This document shows, piece after piece, positions 12,142 to 26,807 of a DNA stretch of 64,000 nt. Made by a program: the position numbers and the translations under genes. Under the pieces are notes generated by a model that made no database searches, was not told the DNA's origin, and was given only the letters and a program-made list of their open reading frames with translations. Source of the stretch: Octopus sinensis (taxonomy: Eukaryota); assembly GCF_006345805.1 (NCBI RefSeq), contig NC_043006.1, forward strand, positions 81,592,001 to 81,656,000, given 5' to 3'. Every line of letters begins with the position of its first letter. Positions within the stretch are counted from its first letter, which is position 1.

Positions 12142-12577
12142 ACCACCATCACAACCACCATCACAACCACCATCACAACCACCATCACAACCACCATCAC
12201 AACCACCATCACAACCACCATCACAACCACCATCACAACCACCATCACAACCACCATCACAACCACCATCACAACCACCATCACAACCACCATCACAACC
12301 ACCATCACAACCACCATCACAACCACCATCACAACCACCATCACAACCACCATCACAACCACCATCACAACCACCATCACAACCACCATCACAACCACCA
12401 TCACAACCACCATCACAACCACCATCACAACCACCATCACAACCACCATCACAACCACCATCACAACCACCATCACAACCACCATCACAACCACCATCAC
12501 AACCACCATCACAACCACCATCACAACCACCATCACAACCACCATCACAACCACCATCACAACCACCATCACAACCA
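12142..12577. repeat. Perfect 12-bp minisatellite (ACCACCATCACA)n, ~36 copies
   Basis: Direct reading. Confidence 0.97.
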
Positions 12578-12714
12578 CAACCACCACAACCACCACCACC
12601 ACCACCGCTACTACTACTACTACTACTAACTATTTCGTGGCTGATGCAAGTTAGCGCATTCGAGGGGATGTATGTGTAATAACGGTGTTACTATAAATAT
12701 TTCAATATCACTTG

Positions 12715-12715
12715 T

Positions 12716-12760
<45 letters not shown>

Positions 12761-13055
12761 AACTACTACTACTACCACTAGCACCACCACTGCTACTGCT
12801 GCGGCTACTGTTGCGGCTGCTGCTGCTATTATAACTGCTACTGTTCCTGCTGCTGTACTTAGCTTACCTTACCTTCTTCCTATTAAGTATATTATAATTT
12901 TAATTATAATTATAATTATAATCATGTTTCGCTGCAAGTACCTCTGCAGTTGCTGCAAGTGCTGCTCCCATCGATGCTGCTGCTGCTGTTGTTGCTCTCA
13001 TCAATGCTGCTGTTGCTGTTGCTGTTGACGCTGCTGCTGTTGCTGTTGCTGCAGC
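12715..13055. repeat. (TAC)n and (GCT/GTT)n trinucleotide tracts
   Basis: Direct reading. Confidence 0.9.
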
Positions 13056-13787
13056 TCTGGTGACGACCACCACAGAACAGAGGCAAAAACGTTGTTATGA
13101 AAGCTAACGCTGTGTGTTAGGTGAGTGACAACAACAGCAGCATCAAGCAAGCAACCCGACTAAACTCTCACCAACCATCCACCACACGCTCTTTCTTTCT
13201 CTGTGTTTATAATAAAGCAACAATACTCTAGCGACATCAGATCTGCGGAAGGAAGCGAGGAAGAGACAGACAACCATAAAAGCAGCTACTTCCTTCCTGA
13301 AGGAATTTTTAATTCTTTACTTATTTTTTTTGTCTCTCTTTTTTTTATTTACATTAAAGTGAGTGGGAGAGAGAGACAGAGAGAGAGAGAGAGGGGAAAA
13401 AAAGAGAGCGAGAGGAGGTAGCAGTGTGAGAGAAATAGAGGAAGAATTGATAGAGAGAAAAAGAAAGTGAGTGAAAGAAAGATAAAGAAAGTAAGGAGAA
13501 AGAGAAAGATCATATCTTGAAGGAGATAAGTAAATAAAGGGTAAGTTGTTGGTGATAGTGCGCGTGCTATAACGATGGTGGTGTTAGCGTTATTTCATTT
13601 GGTTTAGTTTTTCTTTCTACGTGAGCTGTCAGTTCTCCTTCCCGTTTTTGCGCATGCTTCGTTCGCCTTGTCAAAACAAATACATTAAATATATATATTA
13701 GTTACCAATGGCTACGACACAAAAAAGTAGATAGTACTTAATAATATCTGCATTTCTTAGTTTTACTTTATGTTCTTTCTCTCATTC

Positions 13788-13910
<123 letters not shown>

Positions 13911-14294
13911 TCTGTGTGTTCATCTGCTGACTCTGTCTATCTTTGCTTCTGATTTTTTTTTTTTTAACTTTCTTTGAAACTTTCACTTCAGTCATAAATA
14001 CAGACATTGAAATAACGGCACACGAGTTTTAATGAAAAAAAGTCGGGTTTTGTGATACAGAAATAATAGGATTTTTAACATCTCTTGAACTAACGTAACT
14101 TATCCACAAAAAAATACTATCAAAGAATGAAAGCCAGACATATTTATTACACAAATAGTCTCGATGTCACAAATTATCATTTCTCATGATATTGTATAAT
14201 ATATATATATATATACACAAACATACACACATACACACACAAACATATATATATATATATTATATATATATATATATATACATATATATGTATG

Positions 14295-14334
<40 letters not shown>

Positions 14335-14869
14335 TGTGTGTGTGTGTGTACATACATACATACATACATAAATACATACATACATACATACATACATACA
14401 TACATACATACATACATACATACATACATACATACATGGATATACACTCATTGATATATATATATATATATATATTGCCATCACATCCTTTTCAGTTGAA
14501 GCTTTCTCAGAAACGAGGTACGTGAAATCATGATGTCGGTGATAGACCCTTGTTATTGTGAGCAATGGAATATTCTTTACTTGTCCTGGGACGAACGCTG
14601 GGGGTGATGGGGAACGTGCCCGCTCCCCCCAAAGAAAAGAAGTGTGCCATTCTAAATAATATTATTATGCACTTCTGTCCTGGAATTGCATTCCCTTCTG
14701 CTCATTTGCCCCCGCTTCAAAAAATTTCCAGGACCGCGCCTGCTAGGTTTAACAGGTAGTCCAACATCATGCACAGCTAATTCTAGACTATGAAGTAACT
14801 GGATGGAGTTTGGTTTTGTGTTAGAAAGCAAAGCTAAATCATCAATGTAGTCTCTACATGAGTTATTTT

Positions 14870-15370
14870 TTTAGCTGGATGTCCGACGTCCGATCAATGA
14901 AATCGAATTGCCAAAGCACGCTTGGCCCTATATAAACTGGATGTCGACTAGAAATCAACTCAGTCAGAGAACCGTAAGAGGAATTTTTTCATCCGTCCAA
15001 CAGTAGAGTCAGTACTTTTATATGGAGCAACAGCATGGATGCTTATAAAGAACTGGAATCCAAGCTGGATGGAACGAATGTTAAAAGCAGTCTAAAACAT
15101 ATTTTGGAGAACTCATGCCACTAAGAAACAGCTATCTGGATGTTCCCAGTCTCTTTCCACCATTACGAGGGAAAGGTACTGCGTTTTGAGGGACATTGCT
15201 GGTGAGTTAAACAAGAGCTTATAAGTGACCTACTGTTATGGAAGCCAAGCCATGGCTGTACTCGTGCGAAAACCACTGTGTGAGTTGATCTCTGTAGTGC
15301 TGGACCGAGATGGATGGCGTGCGTAGGTGAAAAAAATTACGAGCAAGCTCAACCAGATGATAATGATAAT
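14870..15370 (+). mobile_element. RTE-clade LINE 3' fragment (degraded)
   Basis: Frameshifted ...IAKARLALYKLDV...NFF...TVESVLLYGATAW...ELESKLDGT...MLKAV...QELISDLLLWKP; ends in a (GAT/AAT)n tail. Confidence 0.75.
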
Positions 15371-15489
15371 TATTGCATATATATCCATCCATCAATCAAT
15401 CAAATCAGATATTGCTTTTTTCTAGTGCTAAGCAAAGTGCTGTTCTGGTAATTTTTAATACTGTTCCCTGATTTAGACGGAAAGACGGC

Positions 15490-15660
15490 GATTTTGAGGG
15501 GAGGGGTTAAGTATATACTAGCGACTCCAATACTTGATTGCCACTTTATTTTATCGATCCCGAGAAAAATAGAAGCAAAGTTGACGCTGATCAGATTTGA
15601 ATTTAGAATGAAAAGAATAAAGCATTTTGTGCAAAACTCTGACGATTCTGCTGACTCTAT
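15490..15660 (-). mobile_element. Degenerate SINE family B
   Basis: Decayed core homology. Confidence 0.55.
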
Positions 15661-16208
15661 CTAGGGTTACGAGATTCATATTTTGTCAAATATAGGCAAA
15701 TAATAATTTGTCGTTCGTTATCATCTTCTGCTTTGTTTTTTATTTGCGGCCCCTCGGAATCTAATCTAATCTAAGATCACTCATACTCCGAATGATCCCA
15801 AGCATAATGCATTCATAGGCACGTTGTGTTGTTTTTAACTTGCTTGTTTAGTTATTTAGTTAGCTTTCATATCTCTACGTATATTTCTCAATGTATTCTT
15901 GTATATGCTTGAGTTACAAAAAAGTTATAAAATAGACATCCATAAAAGTGTATAAACTCAGTAGCTCATACTGAAAGCTTCTTGATACTTTTTTATGATG
16001 TATACGCCCCCTATATACTTGGACTCAATTCAAAAGCATTAGTAAGTCTATCTTAAATCCTATACATTTCTTACCCCGTTATTTCTTCCAGTGGTCGCCT
16101 CATTCTTTGGACAGTCGCTCAATTCTGCCACTAGAAATATTTCTCTCCAAATATACATTCGCTTCGAAATCCAGCGCATTTTCGGCTCGTAATTATTACG
16201 AGAACATA

Positions 16209-16390
16209 TGGCGGCGAGCTAGTGAAATTGTCAGCGCATCGGATAAAATGCTTAACAGTATTCCAACTGAATCTTTACTTTCAAAGTTCAAATCCTGCCG
16301 CGGTCCCCTCGTGGTCAATAAAACTAAATACCATTTTAGCACTGGAGTTGATGTACTCGACCCTCAAAGCTGCTCGCCTTATGCTGAAAT
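16209..16390 (+). mobile_element. Degenerate SINE family B
   Basis: GGCGGCGAGCTAG head, GTTCAAATCC B box. Confidence 0.55.
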
Positions 16391-17084
16391 TAGAAAGAAT
16401 CATAACGGGAACACAATTCACACTTATATTTCTTTATATTAAAAAAATTCTCTTTAACCATCATTCATTTCAAAAGATTTAGCTATTTGTTTTTTCATAT
16501 ATGAATAATAGGAACACTCCTATTTGTGTCCTATTTGTAATCTGTTAGAAAATTAGCATTTGCTGCCAAAAGTTTCTAACAAAAATTCAATTATTTGTTT
16601 ATTTCTTTAAATAACTTTAGTAAATATAACGTAAACATTATTTGTTGGTGCCGGTGTGTATAACATTTATTATTTGTATACGAATATAGAACGTTATTAG
16701 CCATAATATTCTGTCTCAAACTCTTGGAGAAGGTTCTCTGTGACAAAATATTATAGTTAGGGCCGTTCCATTATAAACGATACATACAGTGGTATTTTAA
16801 TCTTAGGCTGTTTTAAGTGCATATCATAATTACTTGCTGAATAATTAGCTAATTTCTGTCCTATAATTATAAGATAATATTTATGTGACATTTTCACTCT
16901 TTCTTTTCAAATATTTGTTTTATTCCTTATGTCAATAGTGGAGGTATTCTACATTGAGTAAAAAAGTGAAAAGGTAAAAATGCCATCAACATATTTGTTA
17001 TTCCTACGAAAAATTTAGTTTATCCATGTTAGCTGAGTCTTTATAACCACTGAATATACTGCTACTAATCTCTGTACTACAGTC

Positions 17085-17365
17085 GCTTAGGGAGCAAATA
17101 TTTAAGAAAAAGTGGAAGTGGATTGGGAGCGCAATTAGAAAAGACAACCAAATGTAGCGAAAAGTGCTTTACAGTGGAAACCGAATGGATATAGAAGGAG
17201 AGGTAGGCCTAAGAACTCGTCGCGGAGATCAACACAAAAGGAACTAGAGAAAGGGGGACGTTCTAGGCAGAGTATAAGTGCAGAAGCCAAAAATTATGCG
17301 ACATGGAATTCAACTATAAGTGGCCTATACTCCGCGTTGAAGGGTTAAAGGCATAAAGAAAGAAG
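17085..17365 (+). mobile_element. RTE-clade LINE 3' fragment
   Basis: QIFKKKWKWIGSAIRK ... ALQWKPNGYRRRGRPKNS ... resembles the RTE motifs KWkWIGH and WxPxGxRxRGRP. Confidence 0.75.
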
Positions 17366-17644
17366 AGATCAACGAGATTTCAAATGCCATATTTTGGAAC
17401 TTGCATTGTAATAGATGTCAGTTTCGTATTGACAAATTGCAAGGTCAAGTCTCTTATCGCATTGAAACTTTCTTCTGACTTCAAGTAAAGGATTCTCCAC
17501 AGTTCATGACATTTATCTTTGTTTGACATAGAAAATTAATGAAGAGCATCCAACTTGATCATCGTATATTGACTAAACAAATTATAGTTCACCGTTATTT
17601 GACCAATGAAATTATAGTTCTCAAGTCTAAAGGAAAGAAGTCAG

Positions 17645-17702
17645 TAGTGTAATTGGTTAGCATACTTATCTCGAATATAAGAGACGTGAGTTCGAGTCCC
17701 AT
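17645..17702 (+). pseudogene. tRNA-like relic (tRNA pseudogene or SINE head)
   Basis: A box TAGTGTAATTGGTTAGC, perfect 5-bp anticodon stem CTTAT/ATAAG with 7-nt loop, B box GTTCGAGTCCC; no acceptor stem. Confidence 0.5.
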
Positions 17703-17800
17703 GCGTACGGGAAGCCCACTTATATGATTTATATGCCCCAAATGTTAGACTATTTTCTTTAGTCAATACACGGTGGTCGCTTACAAGCCTTATGCTAATT

Positions 17801-17833
<33 letters not shown>

Positions 17834-17850
17834 GTATATCTATCTATATG

Positions 17851-18314
17851 GGAGAAGCTGTGTGGTAAGTAGCTTGCTTACCAACCACATGGTTCTGGGT
17901 TCATTCCCACTGAGTGGCACCTTGGGCAAGTGTCTTCTACTATAGCCTCGGGCCGACCAAAGCCTTGTGAGTAGATTTGGTAGACGAGAACTGAAAGAAG
18001 CACGTCGTATATATGTATGTATGTATATATATATGTATGTTTATGTTTATGTTCTCCAGTTTCAGCTCTTGAGCTGTGGCCATGCTGGGGCACCGCTATT
18101 TATATATATGTATGTATGTTTGTGTGTCTGTGTTTGTCCTCTCAACATCGCTTGACAACCGATGGTGGTGTGTTTACGTCCCCGTAAATTAGCGCTTCGG
18201 CAAAGAGAGCCCGATAGAATAAGCACTAGGCTTCCAAAGAACAAGTCCTGGGTCGTTTTGCTCGACTAAAGGCGGTGCTGCTCCGCAGTCAAATGACTGA
18301 AACTAGTAAAAGAG
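17851..18314 (+). mobile_element. SINE family A
   Basis: Head to tail, with an extra inverted fragment of the tail (GCTGTGGCCATGCTGGGGCACCGC) in the middle. Confidence 0.85.
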
Positions 18315-18399
18315 TGCATATATATATATGTAATCGACTTAATCCCTTTATCTGTCCTTGTTTGTCCCCCCTATGTTTAGCCCCTTGTGGGCAGTAAAG

Positions 18400-18509
<110 letters not shown>

Positions 18510-19440
18510 CTGTGTGTGTGTATACTTCTAAATCTCAAAGAGAGATATTCAGTAGCAGTCCTTTAAAGTAAAGGCTATTTGCCAACATAATATATATATA
18601 TACGATCGTTATTGAAATTATACTTTATTATGACGTAAAACGATTAGCCACAGTTTGAAACATAATAAGGACTGAGAAGTACTTACCACAATTTATGTGT
18701 GTACGTATATATGTGAATATTTAGAGTGTATAAATGCGCCTGCTAATAAGATGCACGCCTTTTATTCTATTTTTATTCGCATAGAATGAAAGCTTCTCGT
18801 TTGGATTTGTTTCTGACCGTTTGAAGTAAACTGTAAAAACTGTGTTGCAAGCTATGTGATGTTACAAGTGAGTCATCGTACCCTCTGGCGGATAATTAAT
18901 TACATCTCTGCACCTCTTCTAACCTACGGAATGCATTTCAAATGCTTGCTGAAGCGGTTTTGTTTTCAACGTTTAAGATGTCCTTCCGCTTATTACAATT
19001 ATATATTTTGTGGGGTTGTTTTTTTTTTTCGTATTCATTGTTCACAAATTTCAACGAACATTGCGAGCGATATTGAAGATTCCTTTTAATTATTATAACT
19101 TGTGACAATCTTTAGAATTTTGAATCTGAGTGGGTTTTTCTACTTTCTTTTATTTCTACTTCTGTTGTAGATATTGATTTCATAAATCGATTATAATTTT
19201 TTTTATTATTTTTGAACTGAATTTTTGAAATTGCCAGAATTTTCAGGAAGAAAATTAAATTAAGAATGCTCTTATTCTTTTAATTCTATATACATACACA
19301 CGCGCATATTGTATGAATAAATGAATAAATATATGTATAAATGTATGTACGTACGTACGTATGTATGTATGTATGTATGTATGTATGTATGTATGTATGT
19401 ATGTATGTATGTATGTATGTATGTATGTATGTATGCATGT

Positions 19441-19712
19441 GATCATGTGACCGACCAGGCTATCAGGTGTTGCTACACATCGCTGGTCACAATGCGCTTC
19501 GCATTGTTTTAGCCTTCAAATGACGCCGCCCCGCTGGCTAAGCGGGCAGGCCAACAGAAGGAGTGAGAGAATGTTGTGGCGAAGGGATTGCCACCCCACC
19601 CCCTGCTGGAGCCTCGTGGAGCTAAACACTCACAACGCCCGGTCTGAGAATCGAAACTGCGATCCTACGACCCCGAGTCTACTGCCGTAACCACTGGGCC
19701 ATTGCGCCTCCA
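19441..19712 (-). mobile_element. SINE family C (tail type 2)
   Basis: Reverse-complement homology to 30794-31063. Confidence 0.85.
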
Positions 19713-20183
19713 CATGTATGTATGTAAGTGTGTATGTATACACCTATGCACGTATGCATGTACGCATGTATGTATGTGTGTATGTATGTCTTTGTTCTTA
19801 TCATTAGCTTCTTTTCTCTGGGAAATATTTCTTCACAGAGGGTTTCGTTTCGTTTTCTTTTTCTTTTTATTCTTTCGAATATCTCGTATTTTCCGTTGAT
19901 TCATTGAGGGTTCTTTTCCCTTTTTCTTTTCTATCTTTTTTTTTGTTTTGTTTCTTGAATGCAATATTTAAAATTTTACTTGAAGCTTTATGACACTTCT
20001 TTACTTTTCCTTGTCCATACAGCTTTTGATTTAAATAAACAAGAAAGTCACGAACCCTAAATGACTTACACACACACATACATTCTATTATATATACATA
20101 CATACATACATACATAGTACGTACGTACATACATACATACATACATACATAGTACATACGTACATACATACATACATACATAC

Positions 20184-20214
<31 letters not shown>

Positions 20215-21944
20215 CAGCATGCATACACAACAACAAGATGCATAGGTTTTCCACAGGATTCATCATAATTAATTTTGGCGAGGCATTTTTCTTTATATTT
20301 TCTCCAGAATTTTCAGAAATACATTCATATAAATTATGAATTATTTGGTAGTATGAAGTTAAGCGTATAAATTGAAAGAATGAACTTAAAGTATCCACTT
20401 GTTTCACATGACACTCAAGAAATATGCATCATCATATTTCCATTTTGTCACATCATCATCATCCTCACCACCATCACCACCTCCATCGTCGTCATCATCA
20501 TTATCTTATCATCACCACTGTCACATTTTGGGTGGGGGGTTAAAATAATCACTTAAGAGTGAAATTCTGAGTAATTTTCTTCACTTGTATAATTTTCAAT
20601 GCGACTGGCAACCGAATCGTTTTAGTTGTGTTTCTCACCGACAGAATTTGCGTTCATCATAATGTTAAAGAAATATGAAATTAGGAGGTTTGAGATATAT
20701 TCTTAGAGATACCAATCTTGCTTTGAGCTCATTAACAAATGCTAACATTCGACAAAATTATTTCACATCAGAGCTGCAATCCATCGAAACACTCGTACAT
20801 ATAACAATCATCCTCCTGTTAAAAGCGTTTAGCCACAGCTTCCAAAGGAATACGCTCATGACTAGAGGTAATAGTGTTACCAAGAGTTAAGTATCTGCAA
20901 AAAATTAATGGAAATCATTTCTACAATCCTAATGAAACTATTCTATCTACTGACATTTCAAATCAACCACATGCAACTTCAGCCGTTCATGACAAAGCTT
21001 CCTCGCTGCTTATAGTTGTAAATAACTACACTCGTACATATAGCAACTCCCCTACAATTTATAGCGATGAGCCACAATTTCCCCCAAGATATAATCACGG
21101 TTAATTGCTTGTGCTTTTAAGATTTAAGTACCTTCTAAAAACATGAAATTAAATTCACTGGAATCTCGATAAAATTATACGAACGATTAATAATTCAAAT
21201 TAGTCATATGTAAACTCTCACGTTCATAACGTAGTGCTCCCGCTGCCTATTGTTTAAATCTCACTTTATAATTCCAGATTGGTCTCTGCTACTTAGTGTT
21301 CAAAAAAGCAGAGCAATATTGGTTAAAGAATATGAATCATTGACACTTTGGTCGGTATAATGTTACGTTTTAACATTTGCCAGCTGCGACTGCCAATAAA
21401 TTATATTAAAAAAAGACAGTTGTTTTTTAAAGACATAAATTAACAATCAATATCTGGTTTATTCAGTGGACTTTTAGTCACGTTTATGACTTTTATTCTC
21501 TTTTTTAAGTCTCCCCTGCAATTTATCTAATTCTCTCTTATCATTCTGTGTACAATGTGTATTAGCCTTAGCTGCATAGATGACATTTTCTTTATCAAAT
21601 TTACTGCTCAACGGTCGCAGCGGTTCCTACAATAAATTTGCGAAAAGTAAAAAATAATAAAATAAAATAAAATAAAATATGACAAGTGAAATGAGATATG
21701 TCGCTGATTGTTCCGTTTAATTATGACAGAAGTTTTTTTTTTTAATATTTAATTTATTTTAATTGAGTTTTAATGAAGTTTATTTTGGAGTAGAATTTTG
21801 TTAATACACTGAATAACAAAATAAGAGACAAACATATGCTAGTTGTCACAAAATTCATTCTGGGATTTTTATTGTCTTCATCGAAGTGAGCAAATTATTT
21901 TCAAACATGGCACTTTTCAAGTAATCATTAAAATTAATTGTAAT

Positions 21945-22292
21945 CTTTTCTACTCTAGGCGCAAGGCCCGAAGTTTGGCGGGAGGGAGCTAGTCGATTAG
22001 TTCGACCCCAGTACGCAACTGGTACTTAATTTATCGACCCCGAAAAGGATGAAAGGCAACGTCAACATCGGCGGAATTTGAACTAAGAACGTAAAGACAG
22101 AAGAAATACCGCTAAGCATTTTGCCCTTCGTGCTAACGTTTCTTATTTCTTTATTGCCCAGAAGGGGCTAAACATAGAGGGGACAAACAAGGACAGACAA
22201 AGGGATTAAGTCAATCACATCCACACCAGTGCGTAATTCCGCCGAGGTCGACTTTGCCTTTCATCCTTTCTGGGTCTATAAATTAAGTACCA
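21945..22292 (-). mobile_element. Rearranged family B SINE cluster
   Basis: Minus-strand copy, then a minus-strand type 2 tail, then a plus-strand core fragment. Confidence 0.75.
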
Positions 22293-24120
22293 AGATATTC
22301 TGTCTTCCTACATGCATACGTACACACGCATACTCATAGACGCACACATTCTCACACACACGCATACACACACACACTGATGTACTATATGTAACTAATA
22401 CATACAAACACCCACATGTGAATATTTTCTAATATGGTAGACATACTAAATTACAGATGTATGCAAACATAAATAAGAACACAATCGGTAATACATTCAC
22501 AAAAGCATCAATTAACATATGACGGTTATTTCGTTTCATTAACAAATCTTTGCAATATTTCACAGTCCATTCAAACAATAAGGGGTTAAAGGATTTAGTA
22601 TTGTTTGTAAGACTAGATCCACTCTTTGAAAGACTAACGAAAGTTGTAACGTAAACAAGTAAAATACATTTAATAGGATATATACGTCTCTAACACAAGA
22701 GTCATTCAAACTTACAAACCGGTGGACACGCACAGACCTTTGTTTGACACACGCGTTCGTGGATTGAATACCCATTACTTAGATAGAGATTTACATTTAC
22801 AAACTTCTAGGCTGCAAGCATGTATGTGCACTAGAATGTACAAGCTTTCAAACACATCTAGACATGCTTAAAACTATGTAAAAAAAAAAAGGCCGACCAA
22901 CGCAGAAAATACATACATACATGCCTACGTACGTACGTAAGTATATACATAGGAACATGTGTTTGTTGTTTTACGTTCGTGTTACTTTCTATTACTTCCA
23001 ATCTAAGCGCAAGTTATCATGTCGACAAACCATTCACCTCTCCCCCATACAATAAGATGAAAGGCATTGCTGTCTTTGTTAACATTATCAATACAGCAAG
23101 TGTATCCACTAAGATAATACAAATGTGCGCTTTTGTTAATGTTGGTGATGTGAATATTACTGACACACTGTTAACGTGTCTTGACGTGTAATGATAATAC
23201 TTAAGTAATACACTATACAGAGAAAACATTCTCTAATTTCTTTTAGAATTATAGTGAATTTCCAGCAGGTAATGCGGTTTAATTTACTGGTTTTATGCCT
23301 AAGAGGTCAAAACTTTGTGGGCACTACATATCGCTTGTATTTGTAGTATATCAGATTTAATATCTTACAAATACTTACGATAAAATATTTATAAAGGAGT
23401 TTGTTTATTGAATTAAGACAGTGCGAAAGTTTACTGCTCTCGGAATGTATCGTGTTGCTGAAGACTGATGGAATTTTAATATTTCATGTCCCTGGGGTTA
23501 AAGTTGCTTAGAGGCAAGCACCAAGCAATCACTTCGATTTATATACCATTCAGAATGTATCATATATCTTAAAGTGAGTCTTGTATAATGGTTCCTTTAA
23601 ATTTTTAACCTTGCTGTCTTCCTTTCTTTTGCATTATTATTATACTTGTGATATGATGAACGAGGAAGTGTTGTCTTCAATTGATATTTAAATGTCAGTC
23701 ATCCCCCCCCCTCTCTTTTGCCAGAATATTTCATATCACTATAACCATAGTGTAAAGATATTCGTCTCTGCTTAGTGTTTTTGCAACAAGAAATCATATT
23801 AGGCACACGGATTTTCTAAAATGTCTGATTTATCTAAGCGCTCTCACTTCATACTCAATTCTGAATATAATCACTGGACTGTAAGGTGACATATTTTCGA
23901 TAATTCATAACGTATCGTTTATCTACTTTTCAAGCACGATTATATAGGCATAGTTAAAAAATTGGTTCCGGGTTCCATTGCAGAACACCTTTGGCAAATG
24001 TGACCTTCTACCATAGCGTTAGTTTTATCCAAAGCTTTATGCATATGTGTGTCTGTATATCTGGCTGTGCATGATGGTGTAATGCTTACTGGTTAGGGTG
24101 TTCGATTCATGAACATAACG

Positions 24121-24503
24121 TGGAGGCGCAATGGCCCAGTGGTTAGGGCAGCGGACTCGCGGTCATAGGATCGCGGTTTCGATTCCCAGACCGGGCGTTG
24201 TGTTTATTGAGCGAAAACACCTAAAGCTCCACGAGGCTCCGGCAGGGGATGGTGGTGATCCCTGATGTACTCTTTCACCACAACTTTCTCTCACTCTTAC
24301 TTCCTGTTCCTGTTGTACCTGTATTTCAAAGGGTTGGCCTTGTCACTCTCTGTGTCACGCTGAATATCCCCGAGAACTACGTTAAGGGTACACGTGTCTG
24401 TGGAGTGCTCAGCCACTTACATGTTAATTTCACGAGCAGGCTGTTCCGTTGATTTGGATCAACCGGAACCCTCGTCGTCGTAACCGACGGAGTGCTTCCA
24501 TCC
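24121..24503 (+). mobile_element. SINE family C, full length (tail type 1)
   Basis: tRNA-like head TGGAGGCGCAATGGCCCAGTGGTTAGGGCAGCGGACTCGCGG...GGTTTCGATTCCC plus body and tail. Confidence 0.88.
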
Positions 24504-25025
24504 ATCATGAACATAAAGTCGTAGGTAAAGTTATTTCTACAGATATTCTATAGATCTTATAGCCATCATTGATTTTTGCTACAACGTTTTGTATGGAGAC
24601 GTCGGGGGTGATTAACAATGTGGTCGAAACGTTGTAACAAAAATCAGTAGAAATAACCATAACAGAATAATGTAAGAGCTCTGCTGATGCAATAGAAAGT
24701 GGTACTGACTTATGAAAACATTTAGAGTACCTTATAGTACCTTGTATTTGCATAATGAAGTACTGCGTACCTACAGGTCTTTAATGAAATCGTAGGTTCA
24801 ATTTCGAAACGAGGTAGCGAGTTGTTTCTTTGTTCAAGGCGCTTTATTACACGCTAGATCAGTCTCTTCAGCTGTAAATATGTACCCAAGGGGTCACTAA
24901 GGCAGCTCCCTCTCCATCTACCTGTCACATCCTGAATGTGCCAAGAGTAAAAAATATGAGAGGGTATCAATATCATTCCGTGATTATAAAGGCACCTAAA
25001 ACAATTAGCGAAAGCAGCGTTGTGT

Positions 25026-25092
<67 letters not shown>

Positions 25093-25787
25093 ATACATAT
25101 ATATATATATTACTAAGCCATACCCGATCATGGATAACGGCAACTTGTTCATACGCACACGCGCGCGCGCAATCGTAAACACACACACACATTCGCCCAT
25201 CTAAAAACTGTTGTTTGCGCTTATTTCATTTATGTCCGAGAAATAGAATGACTTAAAGCCGTGTGAAAATCTCATTATGGATCGTTGGGATGCTATCGAA
25301 TAAAACACTTAAAGATGATGCTCCGGTATGGCCATAGTCTAAAGGCATTCAATATTCACAATTTATATCTAGATACGAGTCAGTAGCTTCTGTAGATAGA
25401 TGGCTCCCAAGGCTCGCCAGAATACAGGAACAAGCAACTGTGGAATCAGCGCCAAGATTTCGATTGACTTGTGCATTGAAACAAATCTTCTAGATCGGAT
25501 GAGATCTCGGTTAACGATAAACAACAAAACAATTTCATCAAGAGTACAGCCAACAACGTCAAATCCAGCAACACTAACATTTACAACACCAGTTGCAGTT
25601 GAAGATGTTTGACGTCATCTCTGCAAAGCAATTTTATAGATTTTTTGTTCTTTCTGTCTATAAATATCTTGAAAATATTAATATTGTAAGATCAGATGTT
25701 CATAAGTAATTTATCATAGACAAAGAAATTACTCATTCATACACATCTACAAACATACACACATGCATAAAAGCATATACGCATATA

Positions 25788-25850
<63 letters not shown>

Positions 25851-25853
<3 letters not shown>

Positions 25854-26250
25854 CGCAGGAGTGGCTGTGTGGTAAGTAGCTTGCTAACCAACCACATGGT
25901 TCCGGGTTCAGGTGCGTGGCATCTTGGGCAATTGTCTTCTGCTATAGCCCCGGGCCGACCAATGCCTTGTGAGTGGATTTGATAGACGGAAACTGATAAA
26001 AGCCTGTCGTATATATGTATATATATATGTATATGTATGTGTGTGTGTGTGTGTTTGTCCCCCTAGCATTGCTTGACAACCGATGCTGGTGTGTTTACGT
26101 GCTCGTCACATAGCGGTTCGGAAAAAGAGACCGATAGAATAAGTACTGGGCTTATAAAGAATAAGTCCCGAGGTCGATTTGCTCGACTAAAGGCGGTGCT
26201 CCAGCATGGCCGCAGTCAAATGACTGAAACAAGTAAAAGAATAAAAGAAT
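25851..26250 (+). mobile_element. SINE family A, full length
   Basis: Head directly after (TA)n; tail ends GAAACAAGTAAAAGAATAAAAG. Confidence 0.9.
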
Positions 26251-26263
26251 ATATATATACACA

Positions 26264-26350
<87 letters not shown>

Positions 26351-26807
26351 TATTTGCATATATATATATTAGTCATATTTGCATATATATATACATATAT
26401 ATCATATTTTCATATATATATATACACATGCATATGTGCATAGGTATATACAAATATATACATTTGTGTGTGTGTATGTGCACGTAGACGGGAAAGAGAA
26501 TGGGGTTTATTACAAGTACTTGTGCCCTTGCAAACGTTTAAATGTTGCTGATGCAAGAAAATTGTTCGCAATACACGCTGAACAGTTTGCACATACGCTG
26601 AAACTAAGTATTCCACTCCTACGCGAGTTTTCTGCTTTCTGCCATCGTTTAGGTAAAATCCTAAAGCACGTAAGTCAAGCTAGTGATAAAAAATTATAAT
26701 ACATGCATGTATATGTTCGCGCGTGTGTGTGTGTGTGTGACTACATATGGATTGTTGGCGATTTCTGTCCTCCGTCTTCCTTTTCTTTTGGACTTTCCAC
26801 TGACTCC

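Noticed and set aside
11895-13080. Mucin-like poly-Thr ORF and poly-Q/poly-A stretches
   Set aside because: Stop-free only because of tandem repeats; no domain or convincing exon structure
13085-13130. Splice donor AG|GTGAGT as a first-exon end
   Set aside because: Single motif without other support
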